The translations under genes and the position numbers were made by a program. The notes beneath the pieces were generated by a model that did no database searches, had not been told where the DNA came from, and was given only the letters and a program-made list of their open reading frames with translations. Shown here one piece after another: positions 1 through 14,124 of a DNA stretch of 64,000 nucleotides; the stretch's first letter is position 1; every line of letters begins with the position of its first letter. The DNA is from the human T2T-CHM13v2.0 reference genome, Homo sapiens. The stretch is from assembly GCF_009914755.1 (NCBI RefSeq), contig NC_060934.1, one strand, 5' to 3'.

Positions 1-249
1 GTGCAGTGGCATGATCTCAGCTCACTGCAATCTCCGCCTCCTGGGTTCAAGTGATTCTCCTGCCTCCGCCTCCTGAGTAGCTGGGATTACAGGTGGGTGC
101 CACCACACCCAGCTAATTTTTGTATTTTCAGTAGAGACAGGGTTTTGCCATGTTGGCCAGCATGGTCTCGAACCCCTGACCTCAGGTGATCCGCCCATCT
201 TGGCCTCCCACAGTGCTGGGATTACAGGTGTGAATCACCGCGCCTGGCC
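1..249 (-). mobile_element. AluS, cut by window edge
   Basis: Reverse Alu consensus ending ...cgcctggcc. Confidence 0.95.
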
Positions 250-459
250 GAAAAAAATTCTTAAACTCTACTTAGCACCATTCGGGAGGTGTTTTGTTAA
301 TTTTGTTATTCAGAGACGGTTGTTGGTGTATTATATAATAGATCACATGAATAATTAAACTGGCATCACTTAGAAAAGGAATGTTTAGTTTGGGAGGAAA
401 AATATGTACGTAAGATTTTTTATGTTAAGTAAAAAAATCCAGTGTACCTGGGTTTGTAA

Positions 460-655
460 GATTCATGTCATATTTTATCTTCAAAATATATACACAGTAT
501 CCATGTCATCTTCCTGGTTTTAATATTGTACTACAGCTATATAAGATGTCACTATTTGGGGAATTTGGATGAAAAGTACACAGGATCTTTTCTGAAATTT
601 CTTGTGTCTATAGTTGTTTCAAAATATGCCTGAAATGTAAAAAAAAAAAAAAAAT
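460..655 (+). mobile_element. Old L1M (L1MC/MD-like) 3' end fragment
   Basis: Resembles L1M 3'UTR (gatgtcactatttggggaatttggatgaaaagtacacaggat) and ends in an A-tail; same family as 13266-13645. Confidence 0.6.
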
Positions 656-1818
656 GAGCTAATAAAAATTCTAGTAGTACTTGAATAGGTTGCAGTAAAC
701 CAAACTGTGGGTCAAGGTGGGCTGAGTGGTATCATGGGCTGAGAGGTCTCTTGAAGTTTCATGAGAAGATATGTAAATCATCAAATCATTTGCAACGAAG
801 AATTTCTGGAGTCCAAGTCCTCTCTCCATGGATGCGACTGGAAGTAGTTTAGGAAAAATCTCAGAAGCCAAGAAAATAGTTTTCATACAGTGGTCAGAAC
901 ACTGAGAATTACATTCCTCAGAAAATAGGCTATAGCTAAAAATATCTTTGTGATTGAATACATTCAAAAGAGTATATAACATGTAATTAGCAGAGATATT
1001 CCAATTGTTAAATGTTAAATTATAAATTAAAAAGAGAAATATCTAGAAACCTGACTTTTATAATTAAATGAAAAACGTGAGGAAAATCAAAGATGCAGGA
1101 ACATGGAAATGGATTGATCGATTCAGTCAAGCCTTTGGTTTTTATGATTCTAGCATGAAAGCATCTTGTGTGTCTTTCATGTCACTACAATGCCTTCATT
1201 TAACTATGATTACCAAAAAACAAGTACAGTAGCAACTTCTGCAGTACAAACTGATGGAAAGGACTGCTGAGGAGACAGAGAAGCCCAAGGAAGTAGTACC
1301 ACCTAGGGGCTGAATTTGTTTCTAACAAGAAATCAGCTTTTCATTAGGTAACCAGATCACTAGATCCTATTCTACCTGGCCATTAGCAAGCTGATAAGAG
1401 ATTTTAGACTACAAGAGATGACCCTGGAAAAGACAGGGGAAATTTCTATGGAGCCCATTCCTTAATAAGTTGTGATTGGATATTTGAGACCCTTCAGCAG
1501 AAATGGCTTAGCATTTGTCCATATTATCATATTATAATTTTTAAAAAATACACTCAGAATAACATTCTTTTTCCATATCATCCTGTGAATGAAGAAGAGA
1601 CTAAGGAATTCATTACCCATTGTGTAGGTGAGGAAACAAGGCATTGAGTCGTAAAATACTGAATCTGGGCCTCACAGAACAGGAAGTGGGTCCAGGGATT
1701 GAGTCCCATATCTCTCAGTCAGAGAATTTCAGACATACAATAGACATTAGGGATAATTGAGGCCCTGGTTCCCGGCTCAGGGCGCAGGTCTACATCAAAA
1801 TCACCTGAAGATTTCTTT

Positions 1819-2127
<309 letters not shown>

Positions 2128-2451
2128 CTGAAGATTTCTTTTTAATACTGAGCCAGAGGCCTGTACCTAAGTATATGTTCAATTGTTCTGGAATGGGCAT
2201 AGTTAGCATTATTTTTGAGATTTACCTGGCTGATTCTAATGTGCAGTGAGGGTTGAGATCTGCCAACCTATTCCAAATGACTTCTCAGCTGAGGAAATTG
2301 AGATTCATAGAGGTGAAGCAGTTTATCATAACTGGTCAGTCCCTTGCAGAGCCCAGCTTAGACTCCTGGGAATGAACTCACAACCTAGTGCTGAAATTTC
2401 ATTTTCTAAATGTTTGATCCTCTCTGGTTCCCATTTTCTTTTTTATCTGTA

Positions 2452-2473
2452 AACACACACACACACGCGCGCG
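2452..2473. repeat. (CA)n(CG)n microsatellite
   Basis: acacacacacacacgcgcgcg. Confidence 0.9.
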
Positions 2474-3069
2474 ATTGGCTTTTCTTTCCTTAATGCTGTT
2501 CTATCCTGTGTCCCTCATGGGTTTGTTTAGCCCAAAGAGGACACTAAGCAAGATTCTGAATACCTAATCAGCCTGGGCCATAGCCCCGTAGAACCAAGAC
2601 TGCTGCCAAATTCACAGCAATGGCAAGATAAACTTTTTGTTCATATCTCTGCATGCTATCTAGTGCATTGGCAAATTGAAAACCCATTTTTTCCCATAAG
2701 AATTCCAAAGACATCTTGCTCCCCAAAAGATGTTTTCTAATTCATCTGTTTCAGCATTTGCTTATGGCCTGATCATGTATCTGAGTGCAAGACAAAACCT
2801 GTCCTATTAATTCAGAAATTCTTATTTGTGTAGAACTTTCTAACTAGTTGTTGAACTCTCTGTGGAAGCTTACAGAATTGGTGAGAGCTGACATGGGAGA
2901 TGAGTCTGGCAGGGAGTTGAGCAGAAACTGTTTAGATCTGGCAGTGTGCCCAGTTAAGTGTTTCCAAAAGGAAAATACTCTTGCACCTGCTCCTCTTCTG
3001 CTTCTTATTTTAAAAGACAAAGTAGGTAGGTTTTTTTAAAGGAAACATTGTTTTTATATATTGTTATGA

Positions 3070-3686
<617 letters not shown>

Positions 3687-4347
3687 TAACTTGATGACTG
3701 AAAATAATAATAATAATAGTTACCACTTATTTGCATGCTTCTATGTGCCAGGTAGTTGCTAACTATTTAAACTCAAATTCCATGAACTGTAGTGGAGGTT
3801 GTACTGGAATTTGATTCAGAATGACAGTGTCCATGATGGAGCAATAGAGGGCTCTCTATTTCAAACCATACCTCCTTGCTTTTACCTCCTGCCTAAGTCA
3901 TCAGGGGTTAGAAGGCTTTCTAGGTATTGGTCTCTTTCCTTCATTCCTAAACCAGATTGGTTGCTTATTTCCGTCAAGCTGAAACCAAAAGTAAGCAACC
4001 AAAAAGCAACCAGCAACCAAAAGCCTTGTTACTCAATTAATTAAGAGTAGATTTTTATATTTGATAGTAGGTTCCTTCTAAATATAGAAACTGAAAATAG
4101 AGCTATCTCCTTCAATTCTCCTTTTTCTGTGTATTCATCCAGAATCCAGCCACCAACTGCCACAATAGGCAGCAATGGACTGATGTTCTTTAGGGAGGAC
4201 GTGAATCTCGTTCCAAATGCTGGCCAGTCATTGGGTTTCTGCAGCACTAGAAACATCTATGGTTGCAGGTCTGCAGTTTATCTGTTTTAAAATAGAAACA
4301 AAGTTTCATTCCCCACCCCCCCCCGTCAGCAGGAATTCCGCTAGCTT

Positions 4348-4384
4348 TAGTTTCACTTTCCCCTTTCGGTTTCCCTAGGTTTCC
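4348..4384 (+). promoter_or_regulatory. IFIT1: IFIT1 (ISG56) tandem ISREs
   Basis: TAGTTTCACTTTCCC (4348-4362), CTTTCGGTTTCCC (4363-4375) and a GGTTTCC half-site; the classical ISG56 ISRE pair. Confidence 0.97.
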
Positions 4385-4415
4385 AACTTGCAAGGACACA
4401 CCCACAGCTTACACC

Positions 4416-4444
4416 ATTGGCTGCTGTTTAGCTCCCTTATATAA
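4416..4444 (+). promoter_or_regulatory. IFIT1: IFIT1 inverted CCAAT box and TATA box
   Basis: ATTGG 4416-4420, TATATAA 4438-4444; TSS expected at ~4465. Confidence 0.85.
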
Positions 4445-4556
4445 CACTGTCTTGGGGTTTAAACGTAACTGAAAATCCACAAGACAGAATAGCCAGATCT
4501 CAGAGGAGCCTGGCTAAGCAAAACCCTGCAGAACGGCTGCCTAATTTACAGCAACC

Positions 4557-4561
4557 ATGAG
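4557..4561 (+). CDS. IFIT1: IFIT1 coding exon 1 (ATGAG)
   Basis: gcaaccATGAG|gtaagg; joins exon 2 in frame to give MSTNGDDHQVK; typical IFIT 5-nt first coding exon. Confidence 0.97.
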
Positions 4562-5290
4562 GTAAGGATTTCTTTGCTCCTCTGCCATAATGTCTAAAGT
4601 TTTTGAAAAAATGGTAATTAAATACTATTTCAACAGGTTAGATCTCAGTGAGGTCAGGTTTTCTAATTCCTCGATTTGAGTATCTGCTTATGGACTGAAT
4701 GTGTGCATGCATGTGTGTGCACGTTCACACATACATAAATTGTTTAATGCATTTTTATGTTTGTTAGCATGAACTTGAGGAAGCTTACCTCATGCTATAG
4801 CCCAAAGAAGGGGAGGGAAATGGGAAAAGAGTTTTGCAGGAAGGGAGAAAATGATCCCAATCTGAGAGATTCTTTCCCATCAGATTCACTTCTGTCTGAT
4901 ATGGGGAAGGAATGGACAGCTTGTCTGAGTAGAGGCATTGCTTTCTGCAGGTTCTTTACCACAGAGAAAAAGCAGGACCCACAAGAATGTGAAAGCCTCA
5001 GTCTTGCAGCCTCTCTGATGTCTTGTGGGTAATACAGTGGAGATGTGGTAGGAAAAGCTCACAGCCTTCCTCCATAGGCTTCTGGTCTCACTTTCTGCAC
5101 TGCTGGCCTCTTACAACAGGTTTTCGCAATCAGGCTGAGCTTAAGATAAACAGATTGCCTCCTCCCTGGAAAATCTAGGCTCTTGGTACGTCCTTGACTG
5201 AAGATGATCCACATCTGCTTGGGAAGATCCGTATCTTCCTTACCTAAAGGGCCTAATGTGGGAATTTCTCAGCTGATTTAAAAACCATTA

Positions 5291-5605
<315 letters not shown>

Positions 5606-5880
5606 TTAATACTGATTTGTAAATTTTCCCCTCAGTGCTCCAGTTGGCAAAATTTTGAAGAGGTAAAAATTCCAGAAAATGCACATTACAGGCCTATGAT
5701 GAACCCTCCTCTGTAAACAGATGGAGTTGGTACTGATAATTAAAATAATAATAATATTAAATGTTATAAAGGTAGTTATCACTTCCTGAATTCGTATTAA
5801 GTGACAGCCTGGCTTCTAAAAGTGTTATGTAAATTATTCCATTTAATTCTCAAAAGATACTTATAAGGCAGGTACTTACA

Positions 5881-6195
5881 CAGTCATGCATCGTGTAACA
5901 ATGGGGATACACTCTGAGAAATGCAGCTGTTAGGCAATTTCATCATTATGCAAACATCAAACCTAGACGGTATAGCCTACTACACACCTAGGCTATAAAC
6001 CTGTGCAGCATGTTACTGTGCAGCATGTTACTGTACTGAATACTGTAGGCAACTGCAATACAATGGCAAGTATTTGTTTATCTAAACATATTTAAACATA
6101 GAGTACAGCAAAATTGTGGCATTAAAATCTTATAGGACCACCACCAAATATGTGGTCCTTTGTGGACTAAAATATCATTACGCAGTGCATGGCTG
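5881..6195. mobile_element. Tigger3-type non-autonomous DNA transposon inside a MIR
   Basis: Inverted termini CAGTCATGCA...TGCATGGCTG followed by TA; MIR-like flanks. Confidence 0.75.
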
Positions 6196-6433
6196 TATGA
6201 TCCTGATTTTACAATAAGGAATCTTAGATTTAGAAATGTTAAGATCACACAGACAATAAGTGGTAGCTTTGAGATATGGATCAGGATCTCTACATTCAAT
6301 GATATTTCATTAAACCTTTAAATCAATGTTTCCCAAAGGGTGTCAGTGGGGGCTCATGTGATTATTTCAGATGGCAAACTCATTTGCTTTTATGTTTTCC
6401 TGCTTTTATGTTTATGTCAATATGTACTACAGG

Positions 6434-6436
<3 letters not shown>

Positions 6437-6470
<34 letters not shown>
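6437..6470. repeat. (TA)n microsatellite
   Basis: About 16 TA units. Confidence 0.95.
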
Positions 6471-6472
<2 letters not shown>

Positions 6473-6788
6473 CTTGTAGAATTTTATTCAGGTTAGCAAT
6501 GTGATTTTTTATTGTGATAAAATACATGTAAAATAAAATTTATCATTTTAATTACTTTAAAGTATACAATTTAGTAGTATTTAGTATATTCATGATACTA
6601 CTGTGCAATCATCATCACTATCTAGTTCAAGAACATTTTTCTCGCTATGTGGAGAAACTGCATAGCCATTAAGCAGTCACTCCCTACTTGCCTCTTTCCC
6701 CAGGCCCCAGCAACTGTTAATCTGCTTTCTGTCTCTATGGATTTGCCTATTGTGGGTATTTCATATAAATGGAAACACATACTATGTG

Positions 6789-7682
6789 GTTATATTGAAT
6801 TTTTATAATTTTATATTTCCTAAGCATCCCTTTTTGAATATTAAGTTGGACTTTCTCATTCCAGAAGCAGGGCTCAGTCACCCTTGAGACAATTTCTAGT
6901 TCTCCACCTTTTTCCAGTTCCTCAATGTGATTGATCCAGATATCTGCTTTATATAACTACCTCCTGGTGACCACTTCCCTATAGCATAGCAGGGTATGAC
7001 CTATTTGACTTGCCCCCACTGACCCCACCCCCACCCCACATGGACCAGGCAGATGTGCTGCAGTGACCACCTCTCAGTCACAGCATGACCCCTTGGCAAA
7101 ATTGCACCTGCTTGCTCTAAACCCACCAAATAGAACTCTCCACAGGAAACCCACCTAGGTAACGCCCTGGCCTCCCATAAAGGCTTGGGCCCACATTCCC
7201 CACTCGCTGGTTGAGCAGGCATGTCCTCAATGGCTCCCCCTTTCCCATTGGCCCTGCAAGGCATATTACCCTCTTCTCTCTGGATCTGTAAGTAATAAGC
7301 TGCTTCTGTTATTTCACATACTATTTTTTTCAATTGCCTCCTTTGTATTTCACCTGACCAACACACTCAAACTCTTCTTTACTGGTCATGGCTTTCCGAG
7401 AGAGTGGCTGTCTCAGTAGAAATAAACTAAACACAGGTCAGGCAAGAACCACAAGGGCATCTGCCTGATATAAACAAGTTTCCTATAAAAGGGGACACCT
7501 AGACATAGATCAGACGCTTAGGCATTAGGCTGTTCATCAAAATAAAGAAGTATCCCAAGAAAGGCACATTGTAAATATCCATGACCAAATACCCTGAAGC
7601 TCTTTCAAGGCAGGGCTGTAGATTGTAGCCACTCTCACAGGAGAGACCTCAAGACAAAATTAGGAAAAAAAAAAATACAACA
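6789..7682. mobile_element. Solo ERV LTR (family unresolved) inserted in L1M
   Basis: About 0.9 kb ending in CA; splits the L1 motif tatgtg|gtgaccttt; LTR-like aataagctgcttctgttatttc. Confidence 0.6.
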
Positions 7683-8098
7683 GTGACCTTTTGGATCAGT
7701 TTTTTTCATTTAGTGTAGTGTTGTCAAGGTTTATCCATGTTGTGTCATGTATCAGTACTTCATTCCTTTTTATGGCTACATAATATTCCACTTTATGGAT
7801 ATATTACATTTTTTTATCTATCAGTTGGTGAACATTTGGGTTGTTTCCATTTTTTGGCCATTATGAATAGTGCTGCTATCAACATCTGTGTGCAAGTTTT
7901 TATTTGAACACCTGTTTTTAAGTATCTTAAGTATATATCCAGATGTGGAACATCCAGGAATGTATACCCAGGAATGTGTCATATGGTAATATTATGTTTA
8001 ACTTATTGAGGAACCACCACATTGTTTTCCACAGCAGCTGCATCATTTTACATTCCCACCAGCAATGTATGAGGGTTTCAATTTCTCCACATCCTTAT

Positions 8099-8561
8099 TG
8101 CCTTAGTCCTTTTTGTGTTGCTATAGAAGAATAAGCAACAATTTCTAAGGCTGGGCAATTTCTAAAGAAAAAAGGTTTATTTAGCTCACAGTTCCGCAGC
8201 CCATACAAGAAGTATGGTGCTGGCATCTTCTCAGCTTCTGGTGAGGGCTTTGGTGCTGTGTCAAAACACACTGGAGAAGGTCAAAGGGGAAGCACATACA
8301 AAGAGGGTCTAAACCCAGGGGGCATCCTCACATTATAACAACCCATTCTCAAAGGATTAATCCATTCCCCCAAGAACCAATCCAGTCTCACAAGAATGAG
8401 AATTCACTCACTACTACTAGAATGGCACCAGGTCATTCATGAGAGACCTACCTCTATGATCCAAACACATCCCACTAGACCCTACCTCCAAAATTGTGAC
8501 ACTAGAGATCAAATTTCCGTAGATTTGGTGGGGACAATCAAACTGTATCCAAACCATAGCA
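8099..8561 (-). mobile_element. MaLR MST-type solo LTR
   Basis: TGccttagtcc...aaaccatagCA; 5-bp TSD CTTAT/CTTGT. Confidence 0.85.
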
Positions 8562-9387
8562 CTTGTCAATACTTGTTCACCTATTCTCCTTTTCTAAAAT
8601 TATTATTGTAGCCAACTTACTGGGTGAGAAGTGATAGCTCATGGTTTTGGTTAGCATTTTTCTAGTAGCTAATGATGTTGAGCATCTTTTCATGTGTTTG
8701 CTAGTCCTTTGTGATTCTTCTTTGGAGAATTGTCTACTCAAGTCCTTTGCCCATTTTTAAATTGGGTTGCTTATCTTTTTGTTGATGAGCTGTAAATATA
8801 CTTACATATATTTCTCCATACATGAGTAATCACATACATACAAATATATAAGGATTTGGTTCTTTATAAAATAGGGTCGTGTTTTGGACACTTCTTTACA
8901 ATTCACTTTTCTTGATATATATGAAAGTCCATCAAACTCAAGTAGTTTTGATCTAATTCATGTAGTCTAGTGGCTACATAATATTCTATGGTATAGATAT
9001 ACCTTTATTTAACCGTTCCCTATTAATATTTCCAGTTTGTTGCTAATATATACAGTGTTGGTAATGAATATTCTTGAGTATACATCCTTATGTACTGGTT
9101 ATTTTTTTCTGGGAGATAGATTCTGAGGAGTGGAATTACTTTGTTGAAGGAAATGTAATTTTAATGACCACCATTAATTTTAATTTTGATTTTAAAATTA
9201 AAATTTTAATTTTAATTACTATCAATTTTCATGGCTGTCATCAGACTGATCTTGAAGGCCATAATAATACATGGCTTCAGAAATTGTGTCCTCATCCATT
9301 TAAACTCTTGCCAATCTGAGTGGAATAAAGTTATAAATTATTGCTTCTTTAATTTGCATTTCTCTAATGGCTAGAGGCTTAGGGCAT

Positions 9388-9520
9388 CTTTTTTCTTTTT
9401 ATAGAGACAGGGTCTTACTATGTTGCCCAGACTGATCTTAAACTTCTGGCCTCAAGCAAATCTCCTGCCTTGGCCTCCCAAAGTGCTAAGATTATAGGCA
9501 TGAGTCATTGTCTTGATCCA
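9388..9520 (-). mobile_element. FLAM/AluJ monomer
   Basis: Single Alu left arm. Confidence 0.8.
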
Positions 9521-9933
9521 GAGCATTTTTTTTCATATTTATTGGCCATTTATATTGGCTTTTCTACAAATTATCTATTCACATAGATTTCCAGTGGTCT
9601 GTTGAACTATACCAATTTACAAAAACACTTTGTATATTACAGATGAGAGTCTTCTCTGTATTACAAACATTTTCCACGTTTTTGTTATTTTTCTATTTAC
9701 TTTGTTTGGAGTACCTTTGCCATAAATAAATCACAAATTGTTTTATTATGGTAAAACATATATAACATAAAATCCACCATTTTAACCATTTTTAAGTGTA
9801 CAGTTCTATGACATTAAATACATTCACTTTATTGTGCAACCATGACCACCATCCATCTCCAGAAATTTTTCATCTTCCTAAACTGAAATTCTGTACTCAT
9901 TAAACAATCATTTCCTATTCCCTCCTCCCCCAG

Positions 9934-10387
9934 TGTGGAGGATCAGTCAGAGTGACGGGAAAAACTATAGGGAAAGAATGCAAGCCTTCTGAAAGGTCAG
10001 AAGGTTCTGCAGAGCCCTGGGGGAGAACAGCTGAAGGCAGCTGTTCTATAACTCTGAGGCAGAGGGCAAGGAGTAGGTACAAGGGAGTGTGGGGGAATGT
10101 ATCTTAAACAGGCTTGTTTATTTATGTTGACCAGGAACTGACCTTTGATCATCCACATGCGTGATGTTCCCTGAAAGGGGAACAATAAATGTTAATTCCC
10201 TACAGGTTGTGTTGGCTCCAGGTTTTCGGCATTGTGCCTGCACTGAATAAAAGTAAGCAGCTCCAGCTTCTCGGGGATGTTCTCTGGCCACTAGAGCCAG
10301 GCAGTCACCTAGCTGCTCTTACACTGCATACCTGTGTCTGAGTACTCATTTCATCCATCAGCCAGGGTCTGTGGGACAGACCCGGCA
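9934..10387 (+). mobile_element. LTR22A-like (HERV-K HML-5) solo LTR
   Basis: TG...CA ends, 6-bp TSD CCCCAG/CCCTAG; LTR22-like start gatcagtcagagtgacgggaaaaactatagggaaag. Confidence 0.75.
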
Positions 10388-11523
10388 CCCTAGTCCCTGT
10401 TAATCACTATTTTACTTTCTGTCTTTATGAATGTGCCTACTCTAGGTAGCTTATATAAATTGAATCATACAATATTGTCCTTTTGTGACTGGCTTATTTC
10501 ACTTAACATAATACCTTCAAAGTTTATCCATGTTGTAACATGTATCAGAATGTCTTTTCTTTTTTAAGGCTGAATATTCCATTGTATGTATATACCACAT
10601 TTTGTTTATCCATTCATCCATCAATGGACACTTAAGTTGCTCCTACCTTTTGCTATGTGAATAATGCTGCTATGAATATGGACAAATAAATAATCTGCTT
10701 GAGTCTCTGCTTTCACTTCTTTTTGGGTATAAAACCAAAAGTGGAATTGCTGGATCAAATGGTAATTCTATGGTTAATTTTTCTGAGGAATTACCATACC
10801 ATTTTTCACAGCACTTGCCCCCTTTTACATTCCTACTAGCAGTGCACATTTCTCTAGATTCTCACCAATAATTGTTATATCCTGCTTTTTTTTTAAAATA
10901 ATAGCCAACCTAACAGACATGAAGTGGTATCTCATTGTGGTTTTTATTTGCATTTCACTAATGATTAGTGATATTGAGCATCTTTGCATATGTTTATTGG
11001 CCATTTGTATATTTTCTTTTGGGAAATGTCTATTTAAGTCCTTTGCCCATTTCTTAATCAGTTGTTTGTTTTTTGTTGCTGAGTTGTAGAGGTTCTTTAT
11101 CTATTCTGTATATTAATCCCCTATCAGGTACAAGATTTGCAAATATTTTCCTTCATTCTGTGATTTGTCTTATCACTCTGTTGATAGTATCCTTCCATGC
11201 ATAAAAGTTTTTAATTTTGGTGGAGTCCAGCTTAATTATTTTTACTGTTATTGCCTGTGATTTTGGTATCATATCTAATGAATCACTGCCAATTGCCAAA
11301 TCCAATGTTACAAAGCTTTTTCCTTTCTTCTGAGTTTTATAATTTTAGGGCTTACATTTAGGTCTTTCATCCATTTTGAGTTAATTTTTGTATATGGCAT
11401 AAAGTAAGGGTCCAACTTTACCCTTTTTCATCATATATCCAGCTTTCCCACACCATTTGTTGAAAAGACCATCCTTTCCCCATTAGATGGTCTTGTCATT
11501 CTTATTGAAAATCATTCCACCAT

Positions 11524-11925
11524 TGTTATGGAATGAATTGTGCACTTCCCACCCACCCCTGCCCAAAATTCTTAAGTTGAAGCCTTAACCCTCTTATGTT
11601 GAACTGTTGTTTGGAGATAGAGTCTAAAAAGAGGTAATAAAGGTTAAATAAAATCGTAAGAGTGAGGCCTTAATCCAACAGAGCTGGTGTCCTTAGACAC
11701 CAAAGCTCACTCTCTCTCTCTCTGTGCCACTGAGGAAAGGCCACTTAAGGATGCAGCAAGAAGGAGCCATCTGCAATCCAGGAAGAAATTCCTTGCCAGG
11801 AACCAAATTGGTTGTCACCTTCATCTAGGACTTCTAGCCTCGAGAACTGTAAGAAAATAAATTTCTGTTGTTTAAGACACCCACTCTGTTATATTGAGTT
11901 ATGACATTCTGAGCTAACTAATACA
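11524..11925 (+). mobile_element. MLT1A/MST-type MaLR LTR
   Basis: tgttatggaatgaattgtg...aaataaatttctgttgtttaag...actaataca. Confidence 0.85.
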
Positions 11926-12959
11926 GTCAGATAAGTAAGGGTTTTTTTCAGGGCTTTCTATTCTATTTCACTGGTCTATACATCTGTCTTTATACCAATG
12001 TTGTAATATTGTGATTACTGTAGCTGTGTAGTAAGTTTTGAAATCAGAATGTGTGAGACATCCAACTTTGTTCTTCTTTTTCAAGATTGCTTTGACTATT
12101 TGAGATCCCTTGACATTTCATATGAATTTTAGGTTGAATTTTTCTATTTCTGCAAAAAATGTCATTGGGATTTTTATTAGGATTGCATTGAATTTGTAGA
12201 TCACTTTGGGTAGTATTGACATCTTAATATTATGTCTTCTAATCCACGAACAAAGGATGTCCTTCCATTTATTTATTGCTTCTTTAATTTCTTTCAGCAG
12301 TCTTATAGTTTCCAGTGTACAAGTCTTTTGCCTCCTAGGTTAAGTTTATTGCTAAATATTATATTCTTTTTGATGCTATTTTTGTAAATGGGATTGTTTT
12401 CTTAATTTCCTTTTGGGATTTTTAAATTGTTACTATATAGAAATATGACTGATTTTTCATGTAGATTTTGTATCCTGCAATTTTGCTGAATGTATTTGTT
12501 AATGTGTAGAATCCTTAGAATTTTCTACATATAAAATTATGCCATTTGTGAACAGAGATAATCTTACTTCTTCCTTTCCAACTTGGATGTCTTGTATTTC
12601 TTTTTCATTCCTAATTGCTCTGACTAGAATTTCCAGTACCATGTTGAATAGAAGTGGTGAAAGGAGCATCTTACCTCATTCCTGATCGTGGAGGAAAAGC
12701 TTTCCCTTTTTCACCATTGAATATGATACTAGCTATAGGTTTTTCATATATGGCTTTAATTGTGCTGAGATAGTTCCCCTGTATTAGTAGTCTATAGTCT
12801 GTTTTTTTTTTCATAAAGGGTGTTGAATTTTGTCAAATGCTTTTCCTGCATCAATTGAGATGGTCATGTATTTATTCCCTTCATTCTGTTAATGTGGTAT
12901 ATTACATTGATTAATTTTTGTATATTGAACTATCCTTTTATATGAAAGTCTCCATTTAG

Positions 12960-13265
<306 letters not shown>

Positions 13266-13645
13266 TATATGACATTCTTGAAATGACAAAATTACAGAGA
13301 TGAAGAACAAATTAGTGGTTACCAAGGGTTAGGGGAGTACAGGTGAGGAGGTGACAGATGTGACCATAAAGGGGTAATATGAGGGAGATGTGGTAGTGAA
13401 GAGGAGTTTCGTTTCTTTATCAAAGTGGTGGTCTCATAGGCTTACGTGAAAAAAATGACATAGCACTATACAAAAGCATTGTTGTACCAATGTCAATTTT
13501 CTAGTTTTGAGCTACTGTATTATAGTTGTGTAAGATATAATCATTGGAGAAAGTGGGTGAAGGATACACTGGATCTCTGTACTGTCTTTGCAACTTTCCG
13601 TGAATCTGTAATTATTTCCAAGTAAAAAAAAAATGAAAAAAAAAA
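13266..13645 (+). mobile_element. L1MC/MD-like 3' end
   Basis: L1M 3'UTR motifs followed by an A-tail. Confidence 0.7.
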
Positions 13646-14124
13646 ACCCGGGTCAAATATTATCTGTTTCATGTGGTCTTAATTTGTTGCATTACATGCA
13701 GAGTAAGGTCCTGAAGTCAATGTTTCCTAAGGTTCTGCATTTCTAACTGACCTCTGTCCTAATTATCTTAATATTAAAATAAGAAACTCTTATATAGCAT
13801 ATAATATGCTCTAAGTGCTTGACACATATAAGTTTATTAATCCTCACCAAACCCAGTGTGATAAATACTATCATTATCTCCATTCTACAAATAGGACTCA
13901 TAAGTACAGAATAGTTACTTGGCTGGAAATTGCTCTAGCCAGCATATGAAGCCAAGCAAACAATATCAACAGTCCATGAATAACTTAAAAATACATTAAC
14001 TTTAATGAAACCTAAGTAAGTTGATCCTTTCAAGGATAAGCACTAAAATACAAGGTATTTTATCTGACTTTTTTCTTTTAGCTGTTCCTCACCTAACAAA
14101 GAAAATCTGTTTTTGTTTTTACAG

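Larger units (their letters stand above)
6500..12945 (-). mobile_element. Fragmented old L1M (L1MB/MC-like) copies, antisense in the IFIT1 intron, interrupted by LTRs
   Basis: Repeated L1 3'-end/ORF2 antisense motifs (cattcccaccagcaatgtatgagggtt; gatattgagcatcttt; ggattgcattgaatttgtagatcactttggg). Confidence 0.85.

Noticed and set aside
14056-14081. GTATTTTATCT shared with the IFIT5 acceptor region, plus an upstream AG at 14081
   Set aside because: Only 11 bp in AT-rich sequence; using the AG would frameshift (+43 nt)
14021-14124. N-terminal extension of the 511-aa IFIT1 ORF
   Set aside because: TTG start inside the intron; the true start is the spliced ATGAG exon
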